64,000 nucleotides of DNA. Source: Bacteroidota bacterium (GTDB taxonomy: Bacteria; Bacteroidota; Bacteroidia; Bacteroidales; NBLH01). A program made the translations under genes and the position numbers. The stretch covers positions 22,791 to 86,790 of the forward strand of contig JANYKN010000195.1 of the NCBI GenBank assembly GCA_025361565.1. The letters are read 5' to 3'. The notes under the pieces were generated by a model. That model was not told the origin of the DNA, searched no databases, and was given only the letters and a program-made list of their open reading frames with translations. This document shows, in pieces, positions 10,101 to 19,562 of the stretch (its first letter is position 1; each line of letters opens with the position of its first letter).

Positions 10101-13100
10101 TTATCTCTTAATAATCAATGTTTTAGAGATCTTTTTATCATCATAAAATAAACTAATAAAATAAGCACCTTCCCTTAAAAAATCAACATTGATTGAATTA
10201 TTTCCAGCATTATTTCTCCTTTGCGAAAATACTTTTTGTCCATTCAAGGTATAGATCTGAACCTGATATTCTTTATATTTCTTATCTAAATCAAATTTAA
10301 TATAACTGCTTGCCGGATTTGGATAGATATTAATCAGATTATTTGAGCTTATATTACTAATACCGGTATTTAATCCAGGGATTGTAACAGACCAGATCCC
10401 CCTGCCATGAGTTGCAATAACAATCTGATCTCCGAATCTTTTCATTTGATAAATAGAAACTGGTGGCAACCCATTGTTTGCATAATGCCATGTTGCTCCA
10501 TCATCAATCGATTCAAAAAGACCAATTTCGGTACCAACCCAAATAATATCTGGATTATTTGCCATAACTAGCAGCGAATGAACCACTACATCAGGGAATC
10601 CATTCGAACTTTGACTATTTGTTCCAAACCCTGAAATATCTTCCCAACTAGCCCCTAAATCTCTTGTTCTGAGAACCTTTGGCGAATTACTCAAGGAAAA
10701 CAAAGCATATGCAGTAGAGTCTTCTGTTGGATGAGTAGCAAAGCCACTAATATAGGAATTCATTGAAACCAGAGAATAATCTTCAATTGCTTTAAATGTT
10801 AAACCTTCATCCGTCGAAACTTGTAATTGCAATCCTGCACTTTTAGCCATGGCTGCTCCTGCCCAAACTATTTTACCATTAGCGAGTGAAACTTCAATAT
10901 GGTGAGAACTAGTTGAAGTGCTATTTACGGACCAATTAACGGAAATGTTTTTCTTTACAAAACTAGTCCCAAAATTTGTTGATCGATATACTCCAGTTCC
11001 TGCAACAGCAAATACCAAATCGGGCTTTGCATTGGAAACTGATAAACGGGTTATGAATGGTCCATCCCCGGAAGTAATTCCAGTAGCAGAAGTCCATGTT
11101 GCCCCACCATTAACTGATTTTAAAATGGAATTATTATAAACGCTTCCTAAAATATATGATGCATTATTAGCATGCCATAAACACTCAAAACCATCGCCAC
11201 CAATTTGAAACAAGTATTTTGACAAGCTTGAAGCATCTTCATTTGAAGGTGATCTCCATGTACCATTATCCTGCATTCCGCCAATATATTCATTCTTAAC
11301 TGGATTCTTTGCCACTCCATAGAATTGAGTTGTAATATAATTATTTGGAAGTTGATTTAGTGTAACACCATTATCATTTGAAATTGCAAGACCCCCATCG
11401 TTTCCATCAATTATTTTAAAGTTGCCACTGCCCAAAGGTACAATTGTAATATTATGGTGATCCGGATGGATTCCAGGAATAACTGTTTTTCCGAAACCTG
11501 CACTCTGATTATATCCATTTGGCCCTCCATAATTACCATAAGAATCGGCGATACTTGTTTTTTCGCCATTATAAAGCATGACTGTTCCGTATTCGACAAC
11601 AATTTTTGAATCAGGTAGATTTGCTTCATCCCATATTGAACCTTTGGCTAAATTAGGCCAGAACATATAAAGGTTCTTATATAAATGTCCCCCATTTATT
11701 GCAATATTTGGATCAGGTGCAGAACCATTATATAATACGGAGTTAACAAATATATACTCTCTACCTTGTAAACCATAGGTAGATCCAGTGGTTTCGTACA
11801 AATTATAAGCTCCATCTTTTTCCTGATCTCTAAAGGAAACCATTAATTGCCTATTATTTGTAATATCCCAAACCTGAAAAGGCACGTCTACATATCCTGC
11901 GTATGTATAATCAGCTGCAGCAACTCCTGATGTTGCTTGAGTTGGTACTGTAAACCTATGTGCTTTCTGAGATAATCCAGCTCCAAAGCGAATTTCAATC
12001 GAAGCCCAATCTGTACTTAATACGTTATTCCCACCGGTTGAGCTCATCCCTCCACCTAAAAAATCACCCCCAAAATTTACAAATGTTAAAAAATTGGTAT
12101 TTTCAGTATACGCATTTTTTACGAGTGGAGATGATGTAACTTCCGTACCATTAAATTTTAATTTCCAAATATCTACTCCTCCTACAAAAACTTCGTCAGC
12201 ATTATATGGATGGGCTTCAATAGTATTATCGTAATCGCCCTGTCCTCCAAGGAAATTTTGTGAATTGTGAAATCTTTTCCAATTTATCCCATTATCGTTT
12301 GATATATAAACTTTTGATTCAGTATCAGAAACATTTACACTTACAAAAACATTATTGTGATCTACTGGTGAAACAGCAATTTCAAATCTTGTTCCTAATT
12401 CTAATCCTGAAGATGAAAGCACCCAATTATCTCCGGCATCCGTTGATCGAAGCACACCTTTGGAATTATCACCTCCAAACAATACATTAAAATCTGATGG
12501 ATCTGCAACCAAATCTTCAACTCCATTCACACTAGAATAGACTTTAGTCCAATTTGCACCGCCATTTATTGATTTCAATATGCCAGATTCGGTAGCTGCT
12601 AAAACAATATCAGCGTTCAAGGGATCAACTTCAATCCTGTTTACATATCCAAAGTCAGCATTTATAGCTGTACTCATTAACTGAACCCAAGTATCGCCAT
12701 GATCATTTGATTTCCAAATACCATTTCCAACCATGTCTGTTCCACCTGGAAAACTTTCACCCGTTCCGGCATAAATGATATTATGATTGGATTGAGCCAT
12801 TTTCAATGAACTGATTGAAAGATTTGTAAAATTATCTGAAAGATTTTGCCATGTTGAACCACCATCTGTGGTTTTCCAAATACCTCCACTTACCGCACCA
12901 GCGAACCAGGTATTGTGCGTTGCATCATCGGGATCAACAATAATGGCACGAGTCCTTCCACCAACATTTGCTGGACCACGTTGAATCCAGGGAAGAATTT
13001 CATTAATAATGTTGGAATTTTTTAATCGTTGCCTTGCCTTTGCTAATTCAAGAGTTCTATATCCCATTTGATATCCTGATTTTTTCTCTCCGATCCTGGT

Positions 13101-13313
13101 AGTTATATCTTTAAAATATTGAGTAAACATATCAGGTTTATCAGTTTCATGTTTTTCCTTCTTCTCAAGCTTTTCTTCACTTGATTTTTCCGTAAGTTTA
13201 TCCGATCGGTTTGCTAAATAATTTAAAACCTCTTTATTTATCACTAAAAATGATATCACAAAACCTAACGTTATTATAAGTATTGTCAATAAATATTTTT
13301 TTTTCATTTTCAT
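10101..13313 (-). CDS. BNR/Asp-box repeat (sortilin/VPS10-like) beta-propeller protein with T9SS C-terminal sorting domain
   Basis: About ten SxDxGxTW-type boxes (TTDGGSTWQ, SNDHGDTWV, STDAGDNWV, SVNGGATWT, SIDDGATWH...). C-terminus INIYPNPASSYIKFDL...GAYFISL...KTLIIKR is a T9SS type A CTD. Confidence 0.75.
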   Translation of the reverse strand: MKMKKKYLLTILIITLGFVISFLVINKEVLNYLANRSDKLTEKSSEEKLEKKEKHETDKPDMFTQYFKDITTRIGEKKSGYQMGYRTLELAKARQRLKNSNIINEILPWIQRGPANVGGRTRAIIVDPDDATHNTWFAGAVSGGIWKTTDGGSTWQNLSDNFTNLSISSLKMAQSNHNIIYAGTGESFPGGTDMVGNGIWKSNDHGDTWVQLMSTAINADFGYVNRIEVDPLNADIVLAATESGILKSINGGANWTKVYSSVNGVEDLVADPSDFNVLFGGDNSKGVLRSTDAGDNWVLSSSGLELGTRFEIAVSPVDHNNVFVSVNVSDTESKVYISNDNGINWKRFHNSQNFLGGQGDYDNTIEAHPYNADEVFVGGVDIWKLKFNGTEVTSSPLVKNAYTENTNFLTFVNFGGDFLGGGMSSTGGNNVLSTDWASIEIRFGAGLSQKAHRFTVPTQATSGVAAADYTYAGYVDVPFQVWDITNNRQLMVSFRDQEKDGAYNLYETTGSTYGLQGREYIFVNSVLYNGSAPDPNIAINGGHLYKNLYMFWPNLAKGSIWDEANLPDSKIVVEYGTVMLYNGEKTSIADSYGNYGGPNGYNQSAGFGKTVIPGIHPDHHNITIVPLGSGNFKIIDGNDGGLAISNDNGVTLNQLPNNYITTQFYGVAKNPVKNEYIGGMQDNGTWRSPSNEDASSLSKYLFQIGGDGFECLWHANNASYILGSVYNNSILKSVNGGATWTSATGITSGDGPFITRLSVSNAKPDLVFAVAGTGVYRSTNFGTSFVKKNISVNWSVNSTSTSSHHIEVSLANGKIVWAGAAMAKSAGLQLQVSTDEGLTFKAIEDYSLVSMNSYISGFATHPTEDSTAYALFSLSNSPKVLRTRDLGASWEDISGFGTNSQSSNGFPDVVVHSLLVMANNPDIIWVGTEIGLFESIDDGATWHYANNGLPPVSIYQMKRFGDQIVIATHGRGIWSVTIPGLNTGISNISSNNLINIYPNPASSYIKFDLDKKYKEYQVQIYTLNGQKVFSQRRNNAGNNSINVDFLREGAYFISLFYDDKKISKTLIIKR

Positions 13314-13320
13314 TATTTTA

Positions 13321-13776
13321 TTAATTATTGATCTGTTTTTTGTTAATCGGGATTTTATTTAATGTATTCAAATTTATCAAATATCGAATTTTCCCACTGT
13401 CATCCATTGAATTCTTTATTCCTCTCTGCTGAATAATCAATAAGAGTGAATCATTTTCCCATGAAATGTGAGCTCCTGCAATAGCATCTTCGTATACTAT
13501 TTTTTGTTTTTTTTCAGAAAAAACGAAGAACATGACAAGGCTATTTGGGTTTAACAATGTGTCTCTGTCAGTCTTCAGGCAAAGTACATAAGATTTACCT
13601 GGGCTTAAAGTGCATAAAGTATCGAGTTGATATTTTTCAAAAGCAAGTTGTTTGTAATTTGAATAAAAGTCTAAATTACTTGATTTTGGGTTAATACTTC
13701 TATTTATATTGCAAGAAGGTACAATAAACAGTGTATATAAAATAAAAACACGAACTATCTTTTTGCTGATATTCAT
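13321..13776 (-). CDS. hypothetical lipoprotein
   Basis: Signal/lipobox LFIVPSC. Ends 7 nt upstream of the BNR gene start, so probably co-transcribed. Confidence 0.45.
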   Translation of the reverse strand: MNISKKIVRVFILYTLFIVPSCNINRSINPKSSNLDFYSNYKQLAFEKYQLDTLCTLSPGKSYVLCLKTDRDTLLNPNSLVMFFVFSEKKQKIVYEDAIAGAHISWENDSLLLIIQQRGIKNSMDDSGKIRYLINLNTLNKIPINKKQINN

Positions 13777-13892
13777 TTAAATATTTAATTGGTACTATAA
13801 AGGTGCGAAAATATTGAAATAAATTATATATCAAGTATAGCAAAATTTTCATTCTTTATATCATGGTTGAATTTCTTTTTAGGATTAAATAT

Positions 13893-14498
13893 TTAATATT
13901 TGATCCTTGGTAATAATTTACTCAATATCATTTCAACAGATTGCTCCAAAGATATTTCCTCTGTTCTTATTTCTATATCCGGATTTATAGGTTCTTCATA
14001 AGGAGCAGATATACCTGTAAACTCTTTAATTAACCCCTTTCGGGCTTTAGCATAAATCCCTTTGGTGTCTCTTCTCTCACAAGTATCCAGAGAAGTATTA
14101 ACAAAAATCTCAAAATAGTTTTCTTCGCCTACAATATTTCTTACTTGATCACGAATAAGTTGTGTAGGCGATATAAAACAATTGATCAGTACAATACCAC
14201 TCTCTAAAAATAATTTAGAAACTTCAGCTATTCGTCGAATATTCTCTTTTCTGTCGTTATCGGAAAAACCCAAATTATTGTTCAAACCTGTTCGAACATT
14301 ATCACCATCGAGCAATTTCGAAATATATCCTTTTTGATGTAATTCTAATTCCAATGCTCGTGCAATGGTCGATTTTCCACTTCCAGAAAGGCCGGTCAAC
14401 CAAACTACAACCGAGTGCTGATTTAATAATTTCTCTTTATCATTTCGTGTTAATATTTTATCAAAAATAGGGTGAATGTCTTTAGATTCAAAACTCAT
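13893..14498 (-). CDS. cysC: adenylyl-sulfate (APS) kinase
   Basis: VVWLTGLSGSGKSTIA P-loop, LDGDNVRTGLNNNLGFS, FISPTQ: the full canonical CysC core in 201 aa. Confidence 0.9.
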   Translation of the reverse strand: MSFESKDIHPIFDKILTRNDKEKLLNQHSVVVWLTGLSGSGKSTIARALELELHQKGYISKLLDGDNVRTGLNNNLGFSDNDRKENIRRIAEVSKLFLESGIVLINCFISPTQLIRDQVRNIVGEENYFEIFVNTSLDTCERRDTKGIYAKARKGLIKEFTGISAPYEEPINPDIEIRTEEISLEQSVEMILSKLLPRIKY

Positions 14499-14626
14499 TG
14501 ATATTTGGATTAATCTATAGTTTATTTTGATTTAATCAACAAATATATAGTAAATCATTCTTGTATGAATGGATATTATAGAAATTTTCTAATTTTACAA
14601 TCATTTTAATCATCTAAATATTCATT

Positions 14627-15301
14627 ATGAAACAGTCTGCTAAATTAATACTCGGCATTTTTATATTTCTCATTTTTCTTTCTTGTAATAAAACCGATGA
14701 AAAGCCTGCAATTCCAGTTAGTGTAATTCCAAATGGAGATTTTGAAAATTGGGAAACATTATTTGATCTTGATAAACCGGTAGGTTGGGGCACTTCAAAT
14801 TTTTCATTATATGGGGTCGTAACTTTTAATACTGTTTCCAAAGATGGAATTGATAAACATTCTGGAAATTTCTCAACTAGACTTGAAACTGCAAGCCAAA
14901 TAGTCAACGATCAGGAAGTGAAGATAGTTGGTCTGATTACACTTGGAAATTTTGATGTTGATATTTCAACAAAAAAAGCAAAGATTTCTGGAGGCTTACC
15001 TTTCATAAGCAAGCCTGCCGAATTAAATGGTTATTATAAATATAACGCAGTTGGTTTTGACAGTTGTTTTTTCGATATAGCTATTACCAAATTCAATACT
15101 TCGTCTATGAAACAAGATACTATTGGACATGGAAAGTTCTCGTCCGGTTCTGTTTCATCATGGACTTCATTTAATGTACCCGTTAAATATTATTTAAATG
15201 AAATTCCTGATAGTATGAATATTGTAATTCTATCTTCCGACACAAGCATTTTCAATGCAGGATCAACTTTGTGGGTAGATGATTTACTGTTAAAATATTG
15301 A
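14627..15301 (+). CDS. PCMD-domain (putative carbohydrate metabolism domain) lipoprotein
   Basis: Lipobox FLSCN, then IPNGDFENWE...PVGWGTSN and C-terminal STLWVDDLLL, the pattern I associate with PCMD-domain proteins. Confidence 0.5.
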   Translation: MKQSAKLILGIFIFLIFLSCNKTDEKPAIPVSVIPNGDFENWETLFDLDKPVGWGTSNFSLYGVVTFNTVSKDGIDKHSGNFSTRLETASQIVNDQEVKIVGLITLGNFDVDISTKKAKISGGLPFISKPAELNGYYKYNAVGFDSCFFDIAITKFNTSSMKQDTIGHGKFSSGSVSSWTSFNVPVKYYLNEIPDSMNIVILSSDTSIFNAGSTLWVDDLLLKY

Positions 15302-15318
15302 TTTATAAAAAATTAATA

Positions 15319-17094
15319 ATGGAAAAATTGTTTTACAGCAAACTTTTTTTTGCTTTTTTTTGTATGTTTTTCAGTTTGGGCATACATTCTCAAATTTTAT
15401 ACATTTCTCCATACCCTAATTCACAATATAATAATCCTAAAACCAATATTATTATCAAGCTAGATTCAGAAATCCTTAATGCAGACGAATTAAGTGAAAT
15501 TTTTCAAATACGAGGGATTAATGGGAAAATCTATCCATATCATTTTAAGCTTGTTGATAAAGACAAGACTATTTTATTCAAAACAGATGTGCAGTTCGAA
15601 GATTTTGACACAATTGAAATCAAACTTTTAGACACACTATTTTTACATGGAAAAACCCTTGCGAGCTTAGAATATAAATTTAAAGTTTCAAACCAATTAA
15701 AAGAAGAGTTAGTTGTTAACAAGCAGGATCTTGTTGAATTTGAGGATCATTCATCCACAATACCTCCTAATTTCCCCTCCATTAACATCACAATTAATAA
15801 TAATCCTGCAAATGGTAAAATATTTTTCTACAATACTACTGCCTTAGCTTCAGATAACGACAGATATCTGGCTATTATTGATAATAATGGGATTCCCGAA
15901 TATTGGAGACAGGAAAATAATGCAGGTCTGAATTTCACGCTTCAGCCAAGTGGATATTTGTCTTTTTGGAATCACAATAGTTTCGTACTTATGGATTCAA
16001 ATTATAATATTACTGAAACTATTGCTTGTGGAAATGGCTACACTACTGATTTTCATGAGTTTATTCATTTGCCAAACAAACATTCATTTTTATTTGCATA
16101 TGATATGCAAATTATTGATATGAGTCAAATAATTCCAGGAGGTTATCCTTCTGCAAATGTTACTGGAATTGTTATTCAGGAACTTGATGAATATGAAAAT
16201 ATTGTGTTTCAGTGGCGAAGTTTTGATCATTTTCAAATTACTGATGCGGTAGATGTGGATTTGAAAAATAGTACAATATCTTATGTCCATGGAAATGGTC
16301 TGGCCATAGATACAGATGGAAACATATTACTTTCATCTCGATTATTAAATGAAATAACAAAAATCAATAGAACAACAGGTGATATTATGTGGCGACTCGG
16401 TGGCAAAAATAATCAGTTCAGTTTTATCAATGATCCTGAAATGTTTTGTAGGCAGCATCATATTCAGGTATTGAAAAATGGAAATATAACTATTTTCGAT
16501 AACGGAACTTGTCATTCCCCACAAATTACTACTGTAAAAGAATACAAATTAGATATTGAAAATAAAACAGCAGAACTAGTTTGGTCGTTTCATCATCCAA
16601 ATGGAATGTATTCTAACACTATGGGAAGCGCACAAAGGTTGGATAATGGAAACACTTTTATCAATTGGGGGATGATTGAAAACACTTCATTACCTAGCAT
16701 AACAGAGGTGAAACCGGATGGAACTATAGTATTTGAACTCAATTTCAACAACCAATTCCAATTGTTATATCGAAGTTTTCGTTATGTATGGGATAATAAA
16801 ATCTTTACTTCAATTGACAAAGTCGATGATAAAAATGAATATTTTAAAATATTCCCGAATCCTGCCTCGGAAAGTTTAAATATTTTAATTGATAAGCGTT
16901 TTTCCTCAGATGGTTCTATTGCTATAAATGATATAAAAGGGAATGTTGTTTATAAGCAGAATTTAACTTCCATAATTCAAAATAATGAAGTTTCAATTCC
17001 TATTGAGAATCTTCGTGATGGATTATATTTTATTACGATTACTAATAATGTAAACAGTAAAACAAAAATGTTTATTAAAATGGATAAAAATTAA
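15319..17094 (+). CDS. arylsulfotransferase (ASST)-family beta-propeller protein with T9SS sorting domain, paralog 1
   Basis: The ORF-track frame starts at a TTG (15298). I prefer ATG 15319 (MEKLFYSKLFFAFFCMFFSLGIHSQ signal). His-rich ASST-like blocks DFHEFIHLPNKH, VHGNGL and FCRQHHIQVLKNGNITIFDNG. C-terminus FKIFPNPASESLNI...GLYFITI...KMFIK is a T9SS CTD. Confidence 0.6.
   Translation: MEKLFYSKLFFAFFCMFFSLGIHSQILYISPYPNSQYNNPKTNIIIKLDSEILNADELSEIFQIRGINGKIYPYHFKLVDKDKTILFKTDVQFEDFDTIEIKLLDTLFLHGKTLASLEYKFKVSNQLKEELVVNKQDLVEFEDHSSTIPPNFPSINITINNNPANGKIFFYNTTALASDNDRYLAIIDNNGIPEYWRQENNAGLNFTLQPSGYLSFWNHNSFVLMDSNYNITETIACGNGYTTDFHEFIHLPNKHSFLFAYDMQIIDMSQIIPGGYPSANVTGIVIQELDEYENIVFQWRSFDHFQITDAVDVDLKNSTISYVHGNGLAIDTDGNILLSSRLLNEITKINRTTGDIMWRLGGKNNQFSFINDPEMFCRQHHIQVLKNGNITIFDNGTCHSPQITTVKEYKLDIENKTAELVWSFHHPNGMYSNTMGSAQRLDNGNTFINWGMIENTSLPSITEVKPDGTIVFELNFNNQFQLLYRSFRYVWDNKIFTSIDKVDDKNEYFKIFPNPASESLNILIDKRFSSDGSIAINDIKGNVVYKQNLTSIIQNNEVSIPIENLRDGLYFITITNNVNSKTKMFIKMDKN
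15418..15524 (+). repeat. 107-nt tract identical to 17844-17950 (core of the tandem duplication, copy A)
   Basis: Direct comparison: aattcacaatataataatcctaaaacc...cgagggattaatgg is letter-for-letter identical in both ASST genes, at an offset of 2426 nt. Confidence 0.9.
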
Positions 17095-17539
17095 AATAAT
17101 TAATCGTTCTAGATTAATTATCATATCTATAAAAAGTAATTATTTGTAAAATTTTACAGATAAGTATTGAGCAATAATCCTATTATTGGATTAATAAGTT
17201 GAAAAAATTGGTCAAGCGAATAGAGCAATAAAGCATTTAGCAGATTTATTCAAAGCAATTAAATGCGGTGAAACTCATTTATTAATAACCATGAGGATGT
17301 TCAAACATCTTGATTTAGTTACGTATAATGATTAAAACTATAATTCAAACTATGAAACAGGCATGTATCAATAAGTCAAAATTAATTGAAAGACCAATTC
17401 AATTTTAATTAATATATAAGTAAACAAATTATCTGAAACGCCAATAGATATATGTTAAAACTTTTCGAAAATTTAGCAGATGCTTTAATCCTGAGATTTA
17501 AAGCTATAGTAAAACTTATTAACAAATAAAAAAAGATCT

Positions 17540-17727
17540 AAGAGTTTATAAAAATTTCCAAATCTGTTTTGAGTAAGGAGCCAGCACCGTTTTCATCTAA
17601 TATACATTATAAATGTTATTTGACTAAAAGCTTTGATATTAAGAATATTGCAATCTCATCATGTGTTATCAGTATTTTTAATTTCGGCTTCACTTAATTG
17701 ATTGTTGATTAATTGTTATAATATTGA
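17540..17727 (+). pseudogene. decayed remnant of a second PCMD-domain gene
   Basis: At the same 2426-nt offset the region translates as ...PAPFSSNIHYKCYLTKSFDIKNIAISSCVISIFNFGFT*LIVD*LL*Y*. The intact gene reads ...SSWTSFNVPVKYYLNEIPDSMNIVILSSDTSIFNAGSTLWVDDLLLKY*. That is about 45 percent identity with three in-frame stops. The 5' limit is uncertain and may extend toward 17100. Confidence 0.7.
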
Positions 17728-17744
17728 TTATTAATAACTCAGAA

Positions 17745-19514
17745 ATGATAAAAATGAATTACATCAGACTTTTATTCATGATTTCTTTTATATTCTATCA
17801 AATTGCTATCCAATCACAAGTTCTTTACTTATCCCCATATCCCAATTCACAATATAATAATCCTAAAACCAATATTATTATCAAGCTAGATTCAGAAATC
17901 CTTAATGCAGACGAATTAAGTGAAATTTTTCAAATACGAGGGATTAATGGAAAAATCTATCCATATCATTTTAAGCTTGTTGATAATGACAAGACTATTT
18001 TATTCAAAACAGATGTTCAATTCGAAGATTTTGACACAATTAAAATCAAACTTTTAGACACTCTATTTTTACATGGAAAGACCCTTACGAGTCTAGAATT
18101 TAAATTCAAAGTTTCAAAACAATTAAAAGAAGAGTTAATCGTTAACAAGCAGGATTTTGGTGAATTTGAGAATCATTCATCTGTAATACCTCCTAATTTC
18201 CCCTCCATTAATATCACAATTAATAATAATCCTGCAAATGGTAAAATATTTTTTTATAATACAACTGCCTTGGCATCGAATAATGACAGATACCTTGCTA
18301 TAATTGATAACAATGGAATTCCTGAATATTGGAGACAGGAAAATAATATTGGTCTAGATTTTACACTTCAACCAAGTGGATATCTTTCATATTGGAATGG
18401 AGGGAATTTTGTTATCATGGATTCCACTTATAATATTATTAAAACAATTGGATGCCAGAATGGATATACCGCAAATTTTCATGATTTTATACATTTAAAA
18501 AACGGGCACTCTTTTTTATTATCATGGGATAATCAAATAGTAGACATGAGTAAGATAGTTCAAGGAGGTTATCCTTCTGCTCAAGTTGAAGGTCTTGTTA
18601 TTCAGGAACTCGATGAAAATCTAAATGTTGTATTTCAATGGAGAAGTTGGGATCATTTTAAAATTACAGATGCTGAAGATATTGATTTTACAAGCAATAT
18701 AGTTAGCTATGTTCAAGGAAACGCTTTATATATAGATAGAGATGGCAACATTTTACTTTCTTCAAGGGTAATAAATGAAATTACAAAAATTAATAGAGCC
18801 ACTGGTGAAATTATGTGGAGACTTGGCGGAAAAAACAATCAATTTAATTTTATTAATGATCCTGAAATGTTTTGCAGACAGCACCATATCCAGGAACTTG
18901 ATAATGGAAATATTACAATCTTCGACAATGGTACTTGTCATGTTCCGTTATTAACAACCGTAAAAGAATATAACTTAGATACTGCTAACAGAATAGCAAA
19001 TCTTGTATGGTCATATCATCACCCTAATAATATGTTTTGTAGCAACATGGGCAGTGCGCAAAGATTAGAAAACGGGAATACTTTTATCAATTGGGGTTAT
19101 ATCAAAAAATCATGTCCCAGCATAACAGAAGTAAAGCCCGATGGAACCATTACTTTTGAGCTCTATTTTAATAATGAATTTGAATTGTTATATAGAAGTT
19201 TTAGGTTTGTATGGGATAATAAGTTTAACACTTCTATCAGCAATATCGATTTTCAGATTGATGATTTTAAATTGCAACCAAATCCTGTTTTTGAAAATTT
19301 GAACATCGCTTTTGATAAAGGTTTAATTCCTGGCAATGTTATAAGTTTGCATGATATAAAAGGTAATGTTGTATACACGCAGAATTTAACTGCTATAATT
19401 CAAAAAAATATTTCACTTCCTGTGGCTTATCTCCCTGAAGGAGTCTACTTTTTAACAATAAGTAATAGTAAATATTTCAAAACCAAAATGTTTATTAAAA
19501 TGAATAACAAATAA
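17745..19514 (+). CDS. arylsulfotransferase (ASST)-family beta-propeller protein with T9SS sorting domain, paralog 2
   Basis: The track frame starts at TTG 17724. ATG 17745 or 17754 (MNYIRLLFMISFIFYQIAIQSQ signal) is more likely. Same His-rich blocks (NFHDFIHLKNGH, FCRQHHIQELDNGNITIFDNG). C-terminal T9SS CTD FKLQPNPVFENLNI...GVYFLTI...KMFIK. Confidence 0.6.
   Translation: MIKMNYIRLLFMISFIFYQIAIQSQVLYLSPYPNSQYNNPKTNIIIKLDSEILNADELSEIFQIRGINGKIYPYHFKLVDNDKTILFKTDVQFEDFDTIKIKLLDTLFLHGKTLTSLEFKFKVSKQLKEELIVNKQDFGEFENHSSVIPPNFPSINITINNNPANGKIFFYNTTALASNNDRYLAIIDNNGIPEYWRQENNIGLDFTLQPSGYLSYWNGGNFVIMDSTYNIIKTIGCQNGYTANFHDFIHLKNGHSFLLSWDNQIVDMSKIVQGGYPSAQVEGLVIQELDENLNVVFQWRSWDHFKITDAEDIDFTSNIVSYVQGNALYIDRDGNILLSSRVINEITKINRATGEIMWRLGGKNNQFNFINDPEMFCRQHHIQELDNGNITIFDNGTCHVPLLTTVKEYNLDTANRIANLVWSYHHPNNMFCSNMGSAQRLENGNTFINWGYIKKSCPSITEVKPDGTITFELYFNNEFELLYRSFRFVWDNKFNTSISNIDFQIDDFKLQPNPVFENLNIAFDKGLIPGNVISLHDIKGNVVYTQNLTAIIQKNISLPVAYLPEGVYFLTISNSKYFKTKMFIKMNNK
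17844..17950 (+). repeat. 107-nt tract identical to 15418-15524 (copy B)
   Basis: See copy A. The perfect identity starts just after the divergent signal peptides. Confidence 0.9.
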
Positions 19515-19562
19515 AATAGAATAAATAGACTACTAGGTTTATAAAATGACTGATTTCTTTAG

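Noticed and set aside
15298-15318. TTG-initiated N-terminal extensions of both ASST ORFs in the track (15298 and 17724).
   Set aside because: Downstream ATGs (15319; 17745 or 17754) give standard signal peptides. The 15298 TTG also overlaps the PCMD stop codon. The extensions add nothing recognisable.
15319-19514. Possibility that the two ASST paralogs are a diversity-generating retroelement template/variable pair.
   Set aside because: There is no reverse transcriptase in the window. The mismatches I compared include all substitution types (g/a, a/t, t/c, c/a) rather than adenine-specific changes. Divergence spans the whole 3' two-thirds of the gene rather than a short VR.
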